From positions 928,009 through 992,008 of the forward strand of contig JBKBHS010000001.1 in the NCBI GenBank assembly GCA_046299555.1: a stretch of 64,000 bases of DNA, read 5' to 3'. Every line of letters begins with the position of its first letter. The first letter of the stretch is position 1. Both the position numbers and the translations under genes were made by a program. Origin of the DNA: Bacteroidia bacterium (GTDB taxonomy: Bacteria; Bacteroidota; Bacteroidia; JACCXN01). The notes under the pieces are model-generated. The model was given only the letters and a program-made list of their open reading frames with translations, had not been told where the DNA came from and made no database searches. Below are positions 23,992-32,595 of the stretch, piece by piece.

Positions 23992-25068
23992 TTATCTTTT
24001 TCGTTGATCTTTTAAAATTTGTTTGGCGGTAATTCTTATCACGGAATAAGCTGGAATCGCTATCAACATTCCCAATACTCCATAAATTGTTCCTGCGGCA
24101 ATAACTACTAAGAAAATTTCAAGTGGATGTGCTTTAATACTCCTCGAAAAAATTAGTGGCTGAAAAACAAAATTATCGAGCAATTGAGTTCCAAACATGA
24201 TGATATAAGTTTTTAAATAAATGTTTGCTAAAGAAAATTCAGGACTTAAATATGACGCTGTAACAATAAAAAATGCAAACACCATTCCCATTAGTGGACC
24301 TATATATGGAATAATATTTAAAATAGCGGAAATGGTTGCAATAAGTAATGCATTTTTTATTCCCATTGCGCTTAGCCCAATAAAATTGCAGGTAAAAATG
24401 CAAATTACCTGAATGAATAATCCTATAAAATAGCGACTAAGTGTTTCTTTGCAATTTTTAATAATGGTACTTACAGAGTGTTTTTCAGCATCGGGTATAA
24501 GTAAAAATATTTTTTCTTTTATCAGCTCTTTATCTTTTATCAAAAAGAACGATATAAATATGATAGAGAAAAGTGCAATAAAAATATTTCCTGTAAATAG
24601 CAATGTATTACTTAGGGTATCGGCAATGTTTTTTGGATTAAATATGCTTAAAATTTTTTCCTGAAAAAACTCTAATACATTTCTATGGTCGTTTGGATAT
24701 AGCGATTGAAATATTTTGTCCAGTTTGTCAATTAAATGATAGAAATTGTCTTTTAGTAAAGTAATGTCTATGTAACTTAATGAATTTATTTGTTGATTTA
24801 TTAATGGAATAAATGATAAAATTATCGCGCTAATTATAGCTAAAAAAAGTAATAAAATTAGCGTAGCACTTAATGCTCTGGGAATTTGAAGTGTACGTTT
24901 GGCAATAGTGATGTTATTAAGCTTGTTTATCAAAGGGTCACTTATAAGCATAATTACAACAGAAATAGCCACATACATGGTAATGCTGAAAAAATTATAA
25001 ACTATAGCAGTAGCTAAAGCAGCTGCTATTAACCAAAAATAAGATTGTATGGAATTTTTTTGATACAT
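23992..25068 (-). CDS. AI-2E family transporter (PerM/YdiK-like permease)
   Basis: 358 aa; eight or more TM helices; typical AI-2E topology and conserved C-terminal region. Confidence 0.75.
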   Translation of the reverse strand: MYQKNSIQSYFWLIAAALATAIVYNFFSITMYVAISVVIMLISDPLINKLNNITIAKRTLQIPRALSATLILLLFLAIISAIILSFIPLINQQINSLSYIDITLLKDNFYHLIDKLDKIFQSLYPNDHRNVLEFFQEKILSIFNPKNIADTLSNTLLFTGNIFIALFSIIFISFFLIKDKELIKEKIFLLIPDAEKHSVSTIIKNCKETLSRYFIGLFIQVICIFTCNFIGLSAMGIKNALLIATISAILNIIPYIGPLMGMVFAFFIVTASYLSPEFSLANIYLKTYIIMFGTQLLDNFVFQPLIFSRSIKAHPLEIFLVVIAAGTIYGVLGMLIAIPAYSVIRITAKQILKDQRKR

Positions 25069-25111
25069 AAATCAAAGGTAAGAATAGTTATTTTTGTATA
25101 AAAAAATAACC

Positions 25112-25777
25112 ATGTCTAAAACAGCTTTAATTGCGGGAGCCAGTGGCTTGGTGGGTTCGTATTGTTTAGAATATTTATTACAATCAAAAATACACGATAA
25201 AGTAATTTGTATTACCCGAAAAACCTTGCCTAATCAATCGCCATATTTGCAGCAGATAATAGCCGATGCCAACAATCTTGCTGAAACGTTAAGCGAACTA
25301 AAAGCTGATGATGTGTATTGTTGTATTGGTACCACTATTAACAAAGCGGGTACCCAGGAGGCGTTTAAACAAGTAGATTATACTTATGTGAAAGTGTTGG
25401 CCGAGCAATTAAAAAATAATGGTGCAACATCGTTTGCCGTTGTTTCTTCTATTGGTGCTGATGCAAAATCTTCTAACTTTTATTTGCGCATCAAAGGCGA
25501 AATGGAAAATGCCGTAAAAGCATGCAATTATACAAAAACTATTATTTTGCGACCATCCATGCTTTTAGGACCACGAAAAGAATTCAGGATGGGTGAGGCA
25601 ATAGGTAAAGTGTTTATGACTACTTTTTCATTTTTGTTTGTTGGCAAGCTTAAGCGTTACAAAGCCATTGAAGCCACTCAAGTAGCCAAAGCTTTAATAC
25701 ATTTTACGCAAGAAGATTTTAAAGGGCTAAAAGTTGTTGAGAATGAAGAGTTGTTAGAATTGAAAATTGTAAATTGA
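25112..25777 (+). CDS. NAD(P)H-binding oxidoreductase (atypical SDR/epimerase-like)
   Basis: N-terminal Rossmann motif LIAGASGLVGSY; ORF-track start at 25094 is a TTG, ATG at 25112 preferred. Confidence 0.7.
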   Translation: MSKTALIAGASGLVGSYCLEYLLQSKIHDKVICITRKTLPNQSPYLQQIIADANNLAETLSELKADDVYCCIGTTINKAGTQEAFKQVDYTYVKVLAEQLKNNGATSFAVVSSIGADAKSSNFYLRIKGEMENAVKACNYTKTIILRPSMLLGPRKEFRMGEAIGKVFMTTFSFLFVGKLKRYKAIEATQVAKALIHFTQEDFKGLKVVENEELLELKIVN

Positions 25778-25778
25778 A

Positions 25779-25968
25779 GATTACAAATTGCAGATTAGAA
25801 GATTAGAAGATTAGAAATTGAGATTGATAGAAACTAATTGAAATTAGTGGAGATTAATTGAAGAATTTCGTTAGAATGTATTAACGTTTTAACGTGTTAA
25901 AGTGTGAAAGTTGAAATGTATGGAAATTGGTTGAAACTTATTGAGATTTATTGTTTTGAATGTATACA
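25779..25968. repeat. dispersed intergenic repeat copy B1 ((agaagatt)n stutter + gagattgatagaaa/gattaattgaa + gtgttaaagt modules)
   Basis: ttgagattgatagaaactaattgaaattagtggagattaattgaag...gttagaatgtattaacg...gtgttaaagtg shared with copies A/C/D. Confidence 0.6.
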
Positions 25969-26204
25969 AATATCAAATCTTTCGAATAAAACGAATAATG
26001 AAATTTTTAATTCATAAATAATAAATAAATACACCTCGTCATTGTTCTTTTATCTTTTAGTTTGTCTTCTATTATCTGGCAACTGTAAACTGTTAACTGT
26101 CTTCTTTTATTAAACCACAGAGAACGCAAAGAATTACGCAGAGCGCCACAGAGAAATTTTTTTTATCACCCGTCCTTATTCTTTTTACTGATGGCATATT
26201 GCTT

Positions 26205-26346
26205 TAATTGCACATTGACTCATTTACACATTTATTAATAGCCAACTGCCAACTGCTAACTGCCCACTACCCACTAACGACTTACACCTGACTACTTATA
26301 CCTAAAAAACTAATGGCTAATGGCTTTTAACTAAATAACTAAAAAA
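26205..26346. repeat. dispersed intergenic repeat copy B2 (tcatttacacattta module + (gccaact)n stutter + ctaatggctaatggct...actaaataactaaaaaa module)
   Basis: 3' 40 bp nearly identical to 29427-29466; 5' module matches 1236-1256 and 29358-29380. Confidence 0.6.
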
Positions 26347-26463
26347 GCAACCTTTTTTTGCTAATACGTTGTATATGAGTAGAAAATTATTTTATTAAAT
26401 CGACCAATAGCTTTCTAAATTAGATTAAAACCTATAAAGTGCCACTAAAAACTTGTATTTCAA

Positions 26464-26494
26464 TTTGTTAAATTAATAAGATGTTATATATTTG
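26464..26494 (+). promoter_or_regulatory. promoter for the small secreted protein / T9SS cargo operon
   Basis: TTTG -N19- TATATTTG (Bacteroidetes -33/-7 consensus) ending ~23 bp before ATG at 26517. Confidence 0.5.
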
Positions 26495-26516
26495 TTAATT
26501 GAAAAATTTTAGATTC

Positions 26517-26804
26517 ATGAAAAAATATTTCTTAGTATTCGCATTGTTAATCATATCAGGAACTTTAGTTTTTGGACAAAGTAATTCTGATTGCGATTCA
26601 ACCAAATGGGCAAAAGAAGGAACATATCTTGTTAAAATAGTTGAAGGTACTGTAGAGTCTACTGATGTAAGGCCTAGGGAACTAACAAGTGATGAAAAGT
26701 GCTTTATAGAACAAAATAGACATCTTACAAATGATGTTATTTTTAGATTTGATTTATATACAGAAGTGATTATCTATTCAAAAAATAAAATCTCGGAGAA
26801 ATGA
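26517..26804 (+). CDS. small secreted hypothetical protein (95 aa), translationally coupled to downstream T9SS cargo gene
   Basis: ATG at 26517 gives MKKYFLVFALLIISGTLVFGQ signal peptide; stop overlaps next start (ATGA at 26801-26804). Confidence 0.55.
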   Translation: MKKYFLVFALLIISGTLVFGQSNSDCDSTKWAKEGTYLVKIVEGTVESTDVRPRELTSDEKCFIEQNRHLTNDVIFRFDLYTEVIIYSKNKISEK

Positions 26805-28336
26805 GAAAATTATATTTATTTACGTTTTTTACAATCTTGCTAGTTGGAAATACATATGCGCAGCCTGCAAATGATGCTTGTGCAAGTGCAACAGCATTAA
26901 CTGTTAATGGCTCTTTACTTTGTGGTCAAACAACAAATAATGCAACTACACAAACAGGAGAAGCTTGTGCAGCATCTGGAGGTGGAGTCACACCTAGAAC
27001 AGTATGGTACTCATTTACTGCAACAAGTTCTTCTATGATTTTAAATTACTTAAGAACGAATACGTCAAATTGTATAACACGATTAAGCATTTACGGACCA
27101 AATCCAACCTGTGTTCCCGGTGCCGGAGCTCAGTTATCAGGATTTGCCTGTATTGATGTATATACAGGAGATCCAGGAAAATATTTAACAATGTCTGGTT
27201 TAGTTGTTGGCGCCACTTATCTAATTCAAGTTAATGGGCAAGATTGTGGAGGTGGAAACGATAGATTTCATAATTTTTGTATAGGTGTTTATACTCCAAA
27301 TACAAATAATTCTGTATCTGCTCCATCTGTTATAACGGAATGTGGTACAACATATAATGGCTCAACACAAGGTGGGTATTCTCCCTCAGGAACTGGAGTG
27401 GGTTTTAGGAATTTAGACGGTAATAATAGTACTACTTGTCCTTCTTGTGCTACAGCAGGTGACGATGTTACTTTTGTTATAAATAACGATTCTTGGTTTT
27501 CATTTTGTACAGTTAATGCGGGTACTTGGCAAGTAACTTTTAGTGTTGGCACATGCGTATTCTCTGGAATAAATAGTGGTGCTCAAATGGCATTATTTAC
27601 TGGTAGCCCAACAGCGTTAACTTGGCATTCACAAGCTACAAATCCAACTTATGCAGGAGGATCGTGGACCTCTCCTACTATTACTTTAGCTGCTGGTGGA
27701 TGTGCATATATGGTTGTGGATGGATTTGCAGGTGATGCATGTACTTATTCTTATACAGTAACCAATCTTTCTGGTGGTTGTATTTTATTACCTATTGAAT
27801 TATTATCATTTAACTACACTAAAGAAGGAAACAATGTAAATATTCAATGGAAAACAGCCACAGAAACTAATAATGACTTCTTTACGTTAGAAAAATCAAG
27901 CGATGGAATTAATTATGAATTTTTCCAAAACATTAAAGGGGCAGGTAATTCTAATATGCCAATAGAGTATAAAACCAAAGATACTAATCCTTTTGAAGGT
28001 GTAACCTATTATCGCTTAAAACAAACGGATTATGATGGTAATTTTGAATATGTAGGAACAATTGCAGTTAAAACAAATAAAGCTGTTGAGAATATTGCAG
28101 TAATTCCCAACCCTGTTTTAAATAATGCAGAAATAAATTTCAATTCCAATTTAAATGGAGTTTCTCGCATTCAAATAATTGATATTACAGGTAAGCAAGT
28201 TTATACAGAAAGTATAAATACTAATGAAGGCCCAAACCGTTTTGTATTAAATACAGAAAATTATAATAAAGGGCTTTACTTCTTGGTTATCTCTAACGAA
28301 TTCGGTACTGAAAAATTAAAGTTTGTAAAAGAGTAA
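26801..28336 (+). CDS. secreted protein with two PPC-like domains and a T9SS type-A C-terminal sorting domain
   Basis: 511 aa; signal peptide; N-terminal domain resembles the PPC-like domains of the 1528-aa adhesin (ANDACASATAL...TVWYSFTA); C-terminal IAVIPNPVLNNAEINF...KGLYFLVISNEFGTEKLKFVKE Por secretion tail. Confidence 0.8.
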   Translation: MRKLYLFTFFTILLVGNTYAQPANDACASATALTVNGSLLCGQTTNNATTQTGEACAASGGGVTPRTVWYSFTATSSSMILNYLRTNTSNCITRLSIYGPNPTCVPGAGAQLSGFACIDVYTGDPGKYLTMSGLVVGATYLIQVNGQDCGGGNDRFHNFCIGVYTPNTNNSVSAPSVITECGTTYNGSTQGGYSPSGTGVGFRNLDGNNSTTCPSCATAGDDVTFVINNDSWFSFCTVNAGTWQVTFSVGTCVFSGINSGAQMALFTGSPTALTWHSQATNPTYAGGSWTSPTITLAAGGCAYMVVDGFAGDACTYSYTVTNLSGGCILLPIELLSFNYTKEGNNVNIQWKTATETNNDFFTLEKSSDGINYEFFQNIKGAGNSNMPIEYKTKDTNPFEGVTYYRLKQTDYDGNFEYVGTIAVKTNKAVENIAVIPNPVLNNAEINFNSNLNGVSRIQIIDITGKQVYTESINTNEGPNRFVLNTENYNKGLYFLVISNEFGTEKLKFVKE

Positions 28337-28357
28337 TCTGAGTAAATATTAAAAAAA

Positions 28358-28393
28358 TTAAGCCTGCCCTAGTGGTGGGCTTTTTTGTTTTTT
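28358..28393 (+). terminator. probable rho-independent terminator
   Basis: Weak stem aagcc...ggctt / gccc...gggc followed by ttttttgtttttt. Confidence 0.4.
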
Positions 28394-28469
28394 AGGAGTT
28401 AGGGAATAGGTGTTAGTAGTAAGTCTTAAGTTATTAGTCGCTAGGCATAAGGAGTAAGTGAAGTGGTTG

Positions 28470-28585
28470 GTGTGTGTTAAAGTTAGAACGTTAGAATGTG
28501 TTAATGTTTGAGATTAATAGAAACTCTTTGAGATTGATAGAAATTAGAGATTAATTGAAATTCTTAGAGATTGAAATAGGATATA
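28470..28585. repeat. dispersed intergenic repeat copy C
   Basis: gttagaatgtgttaatgtttgagattaatagaaactctttgagattgatagaaattagagattaattgaaattcttagagattgaaatagg; preceded by word-like stutter aggagttagggaataggtgttagtagtaagt... Confidence 0.6.
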
Positions 28586-28703
28586 TTTGTTTCAGATTAA
28601 AAGTAATTTTTTGACTTGTATTAGTAAAATAGAATTAATCCTGAATTTCAAGACAAGCAATGTTGGAATAGCTGGGGTTTTTGATGAATTCAATTATTTC
28701 TTC

Positions 28704-28979
28704 TTAGTGGGAAAGAATAATTTCTGCTAGCATGCTGGTTGATTTATTTCCTGTTCTTAGCCAAACTATTTTAGGGGGTATCCCATAAAGGTTAGATTAA
28801 TCGAAAAAATCCGCATCAAAGGTAACTATTGTGTAGTTATGATCTTTTGCAAATTTCCAAATCTGAATGTCTGTATTGTTCTCAATTCCAAGAGTTCTTA
28901 CTTGAGCAGCAAGTGGAAAATAATCCCTAATTTTTTCTACTATTCTAAAAGAAATATTTTGATCAAATAATAGTCTCAT
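28704..28979 (-). pseudogene. DUF5615 (PIN-like) toxin gene interrupted by in-frame TAA after codon 60
   Basis: 60-aa ORF MRLLFDQNISFRIVEKIRDY...TIVTFDADFFD stops at 28797-28799; same frame continues SNLYGIPPKIVWLRTGNKSTSMLAEIILSH to a stop at 28704-28706, matching the usual C-terminal half of DUF5615 proteins. Confidence 0.55.
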
Positions 28980-29203
28980 TAAGCTACTCGTAAACGGTTT
29001 TCACGGTCAGCAGCATAGGCTAAACAGGCTTGAATATCCTCTTCTGTAAGTTCCGGATAATCCAATAAGATTTCCTTTGTAGTCATTCCGGAAGCTAAAT
29101 AGCTTAAAATATCGTACTCTGAAATACGAGTATTTCTAATACATGGTTTTCCGAAGCGTTTTTCGGGGTTTATTTTAATTATAATAGAATAATCTTTCAT
29201 CAT
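28979..29203 (-). CDS. DUF433 domain protein (antitoxin-like partner of DUF5615)
   Basis: 74 aa; ...RFGKPCIRNTRISEYDILSYLASGMTTKEIL.DYPELTEEDIQACLAYA typical of DUF433; 1-nt overlap with downstream DUF5615 ORF. Confidence 0.75.
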   Translation of the reverse strand: MMKDYSIIIKINPEKRFGKPCIRNTRISEYDILSYLASGMTTKEILLDYPELTEEDIQACLAYAADRENRLRVA

Positions 29204-29289
29204 GTTGTATTGCCAAAATTTATCATTATTTAGCTAACTCAAATTTTAGCAAAAAAATATGAATGTTAAATTTTAAAGTAAATATTTAA

Positions 29290-29462
29290 AGCGTTTGAAT
29301 TAATAATAGAGACTAATTGAAACTCATAGCGATTGATAGAAATTAAAGATTAATTGTGATTCATTTACATATTTACACATTTTCACATTCTCAAATTGGC
29401 AAATCATCAAATTCTCAAATCAATATAACTAATGGCTAATGGCTTATTACTAAATAACTAAA
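29290..29462. repeat. dispersed intergenic repeat copy D (all three modules contiguous)
   Basis: gagactaattgaaactcatagcgattgatagaaattaaagattaattgtgattcatttacatatttacacatttt + caaattctcaaat stutter + aactaatggctaatggcttattactaaataactaaaaaaa. Confidence 0.65.
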
Positions 29463-29481
29463 AAAATCACTACCTTTCCCT

Positions 29482-30858
29482 GTGCAAAAAAATGATCCTA
29501 AAATTATTCGCGCATGGGCTATGTACGACTGGGCAAACTCAGTGTATCCGCTCGTAATTACTTCTACTATTTTTCCCATTTATTATACCGCTGTTACCAC
29601 ACATCAGGGTTCTGATATGGTGCAGTTTTTAGGAATGAATTTTAAGAATACCGCACTATATACCTATGCCATGGCATTTGCTTATTTATTGATTGCAGCT
29701 GTTGCTCCATTGCTTTCAGGTATTGCCGACTATGGCGGTAAGAAAAAAGGATTTATGATGTTTTTCTGCTATGTTGGTGCTATAGCTTGTTCTGCAATGG
29801 CTTTATTTACAGGACCTGAAAATTTATGGATAGGAATATTAACCATTGTTTTGGCTTGTATAGGATATTCGGGAAGTATTGTATTTTACAATGCCTATTT
29901 GCCGGAAATAGCTACACCCGATATGCAAGATAGAGTAAGTGCCAAAGGCTATTCACTGGGTTATATAGGAGGAGCAATTCTTTTAATTTTAAATTTAGTA
30001 TTGATATTAATGCCCGATTTATTTTATGATGTAGCAGGAAGAATAAACGAATTAAAGCTTGTTGAAACAACTCTTACAGATGATGAAGCCCGTGAAAAAG
30101 TGCTTTCATCTTTATCGGGTATATCCTCGCGCATTTCATTTTTTACTACCGGCATTTGGTGGATTTTATTTGCGCATTACAGTTTTTACTATTTGCCCAA
30201 AAATGTATTTAATCGCAAGCCAGAAGGAAATATATTGTTTAAAGGTTATCTGGAATTGATAAAAGTGTGGCAGGAGTTAAAATCAAACCCTACTTTAAAA
30301 AAATATCTGAGTGCATTTTTTAGCTATAATATGGGCGTGCAAACAGTAATGCTGGTAGCTACACTTTTTGGCAGTAAAGAATTGCAATTGGAATCAGGCG
30401 AATTAATAATGACCATATTAATTATTCAGTTTGTAGCTATAGGCGGTGCTTATTTGTTTTCGGGTTTATCGGGCAAATATGGCAATATTTACATTTTACG
30501 CGTTGCTACCTTGCTGTGGATAGGTATTTGTTTTATGGCCTACTTTGTTACATCAGCAGTGCAGTTTTATGTTTTAGCATTTTTTGTAGGATTGGTAATG
30601 GGAGGCATACAATCTTTATCGCGCTCTACCTATTCTAAACTTTTGCCCGAAACTATTGACCATGCCTCTTATTTTAGTTTTTATGATATTTGCGAAAAAT
30701 TGGGAATAGTGCTTGGAATGGGGCTTTTTGGAATTATAGAAGAAGTATCAGACAGTATGCGAAATTCTGTGATAGCTTTATTTCTGTTTTTCCTGATAGG
30801 TTTCTTACTTTTGTTGCGGATAAATAATAAATTGACCATCCAACAATCAAAACACTAA
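29482..30858 (+). CDS. MFS transporter, UMF1/Atg22-like family
   Basis: 458 aa; 12 predicted TM helices; N-terminal AWAMYDWANSVY motif typical of UMF1 family; start codon GTG at 29482 (alternative ATG at Met14). Confidence 0.7.
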   Translation: MQKNDPKIIRAWAMYDWANSVYPLVITSTIFPIYYTAVTTHQGSDMVQFLGMNFKNTALYTYAMAFAYLLIAAVAPLLSGIADYGGKKKGFMMFFCYVGAIACSAMALFTGPENLWIGILTIVLACIGYSGSIVFYNAYLPEIATPDMQDRVSAKGYSLGYIGGAILLILNLVLILMPDLFYDVAGRINELKLVETTLTDDEAREKVLSSLSGISSRISFFTTGIWWILFAHYSFYYLPKNVFNRKPEGNILFKGYLELIKVWQELKSNPTLKKYLSAFFSYNMGVQTVMLVATLFGSKELQLESGELIMTILIIQFVAIGGAYLFSGLSGKYGNIYILRVATLLWIGICFMAYFVTSAVQFYVLAFFVGLVMGGIQSLSRSTYSKLLPETIDHASYFSFYDICEKLGIVLGMGLFGIIEEVSDSMRNSVIALFLFFLIGFLLLLRINNKLTIQQSKH

Positions 30859-30861
30859 TTA

Positions 30862-31584
30862 ATGGTAGTAGATATTTTTATTCCCTGTTTTGTAGATCAG
30901 ATATATCCGCAAACGGGGATGAATATGGTAAAAATACTGGAGCACATAGGTTGTGGCGTAAATTATAATATAGAGCAAACCTGTTGTGGACAGCCTGCGT
31001 TTAATGCAGGTTTTTGGGATCACTGCAAAGAAATTGGAGAAAAGTTTATACGCGAATTTCCTGAAAATCGTCCTATCGTAATGCCTTCTGCTTCCTGTGC
31101 CGGCTTCGTAAAAAATGGCTATCCGGAAATGTTTCATAACTCTGTTTTGCATAATGAGTACAAGCAGGTTCGTAAAAATATTTATGAGTTTACCGATTTT
31201 TTGGTAAATGTTTTAAAGATTACCGATTTAGGAGCAAAGCTCGAAGGTAAAGCAACCTTTCATGATTCCTGTTCAGGATTACGAGAGTATGGAATAAAGC
31301 GCGAACCAAGGGTATTACTTGAAAAAGTAAAAGGGCTTGAATTTATTGAAATGAATGATTGCGAAACTTGTTGTGGTTTTGGAGGCATGTTTTCAGTAAA
31401 GTTTGAACCTATTGCAGTAGCTATGGCAGAACAGAAAGTTGAAAATGCCTTGGCAACAGGAGCAGAATATTTAATATCTACCGATTTGTCGTGTTTGATG
31501 CACATGGATGGCTATATTAAAAAGAAAAAATTACCTATAAAATGCATGCATATTATTGATGTGCTTGTAACCGGAGTTGAATAA
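30862..31584 (+). CDS. (Fe-S)-binding cysteine-rich (CCG) domain protein, LutA-like
   Basis: 240 aa; two CCG-type motifs (TCCGQPAFNAGF; CETCCGFGGMFSV); size and N-terminus (DIFIPCFVDQ) as in LutA. Confidence 0.7.
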   Translation: MVVDIFIPCFVDQIYPQTGMNMVKILEHIGCGVNYNIEQTCCGQPAFNAGFWDHCKEIGEKFIREFPENRPIVMPSASCAGFVKNGYPEMFHNSVLHNEYKQVRKNIYEFTDFLVNVLKITDLGAKLEGKATFHDSCSGLREYGIKREPRVLLEKVKGLEFIEMNDCETCCGFGGMFSVKFEPIAVAMAEQKVENALATGAEYLISTDLSCLMHMDGYIKKKKLPIKCMHIIDVLVTGVE

Positions 31585-32461
31585 TAAAAATAAAATTATG
31601 GAATTAATGTTAAAAGAAAATGCGCTGAAAGGCAAAACCATTTTAGTTACCGGAGGAGGTACAGGCCTTGGCAGATCAATGTCAGAAGCGTTTTTAAAGT
31701 TGGGTGCCAATATAGTTATATGCAGTAGAAAGCAAGATATAATTGAAAAAGCAGCCGCTGATATGATGCAGCAATATGGAGGCGAAGTATTAGGATTACC
31801 TTGTGATGTGCGAAAATATGATGAGGTAGAAAAAGTTATTGAAGCTGCATATGCAAAATTTGGCGGTATTGATGTGTTGGTAAACAATGCAGCAGGGAAT
31901 TTTATTAGCCCTACAGAACGCTTGAGCCACAAAGCTTTTGATGTAATTGTGGATATTGTTTTAAAAGGAAGTTATAACTGCACATTGGCACTTGGCAAAA
32001 AATGGATTGCAGAAAAAAGAAAAGCCAACGTATTAAGCATCGTTACTACCTATTCGTGGACAGGTTCCGGTTATGTAGTTCCATCAGCTTGCGCTAAAGC
32101 AGGTGTGTTGGCGCTTACACGCTCATTAGCTGCTGAATGGGGAAAATACGGCATTCGCTTAAATGCCATTGCTCCGGGTCCATTTCCTACAGAGGGGGCT
32201 TTTAGTCGTTTGTTTCCTGAGGCAGCAACCAAATTAATGGATCCTAAAAAACGAATTCCATTGCAGCGCTATGGCGAACATCATGAGTTAGCAAATTTGG
32301 CTTGTTACTTAGTGTCTGATTTTGCAGCCTATATAAATGGAGAAGTTGTAACTATTGATGGTGGCGAATGGTTGCATGGTGCCGGAGAGTTCAATGCCTT
32401 TGATGCTGTACCGCAAGAAATGTGGGATATTATTGAAAAACAAGTGAGGGGGAAGGGTTAA
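31577..32461 (+). CDS. SDR family oxidoreductase, 2,4-dienoyl-CoA reductase-like
   Basis: TGGGTGLG Rossmann motif, NNAAGNF, YxxxK (SACAKAG); likely true start ATG at 31598 (MELMLKE). Confidence 0.75.
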   Translation: MNNKNKIMELMLKENALKGKTILVTGGGTGLGRSMSEAFLKLGANIVICSRKQDIIEKAAADMMQQYGGEVLGLPCDVRKYDEVEKVIEAAYAKFGGIDVLVNNAAGNFISPTERLSHKAFDVIVDIVLKGSYNCTLALGKKWIAEKRKANVLSIVTTYSWTGSGYVVPSACAKAGVLALTRSLAAEWGKYGIRLNAIAPGPFPTEGAFSRLFPEAATKLMDPKKRIPLQRYGEHHELANLACYLVSDFAAYINGEVVTIDGGEWLHGAGEFNAFDAVPQEMWDIIEKQVRGKG

Positions 32462-32575
32462 TTAGCTAATTTGATGATGTGGTAATTTGATAATTTGATA
32501 ATGTGATAATAGAACAATCAGTATCTATTAGTTTCAATCTATTTCAATAAATCTCAACGTTTAAACATTAATACT
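32462..32575. repeat. dispersed intergenic repeat copy E (inverted orientation) with (gataatt)n stutter
   Basis: Reverse complement of caatcagtatctattagtttcaatctatttcaataaatctcaac = gttgagatttattgaaatagattgaaactaatagatactgattg resembles the gagatt/gattgaaa units of copies A-D. Confidence 0.5.
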
Positions 32576-32595
32576 TTCAAACTAGTCAACTAAGA

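Noticed and set aside
25094-25111. ORF-track start at 25094 for the oxidoreductase and at 26499 for the small secreted protein
   Set aside because: These use TTG starts; in-frame ATGs at 25112 and 26517 give a better N-terminus and a signal peptide respectively, and fit the promoter at 26464-26494.
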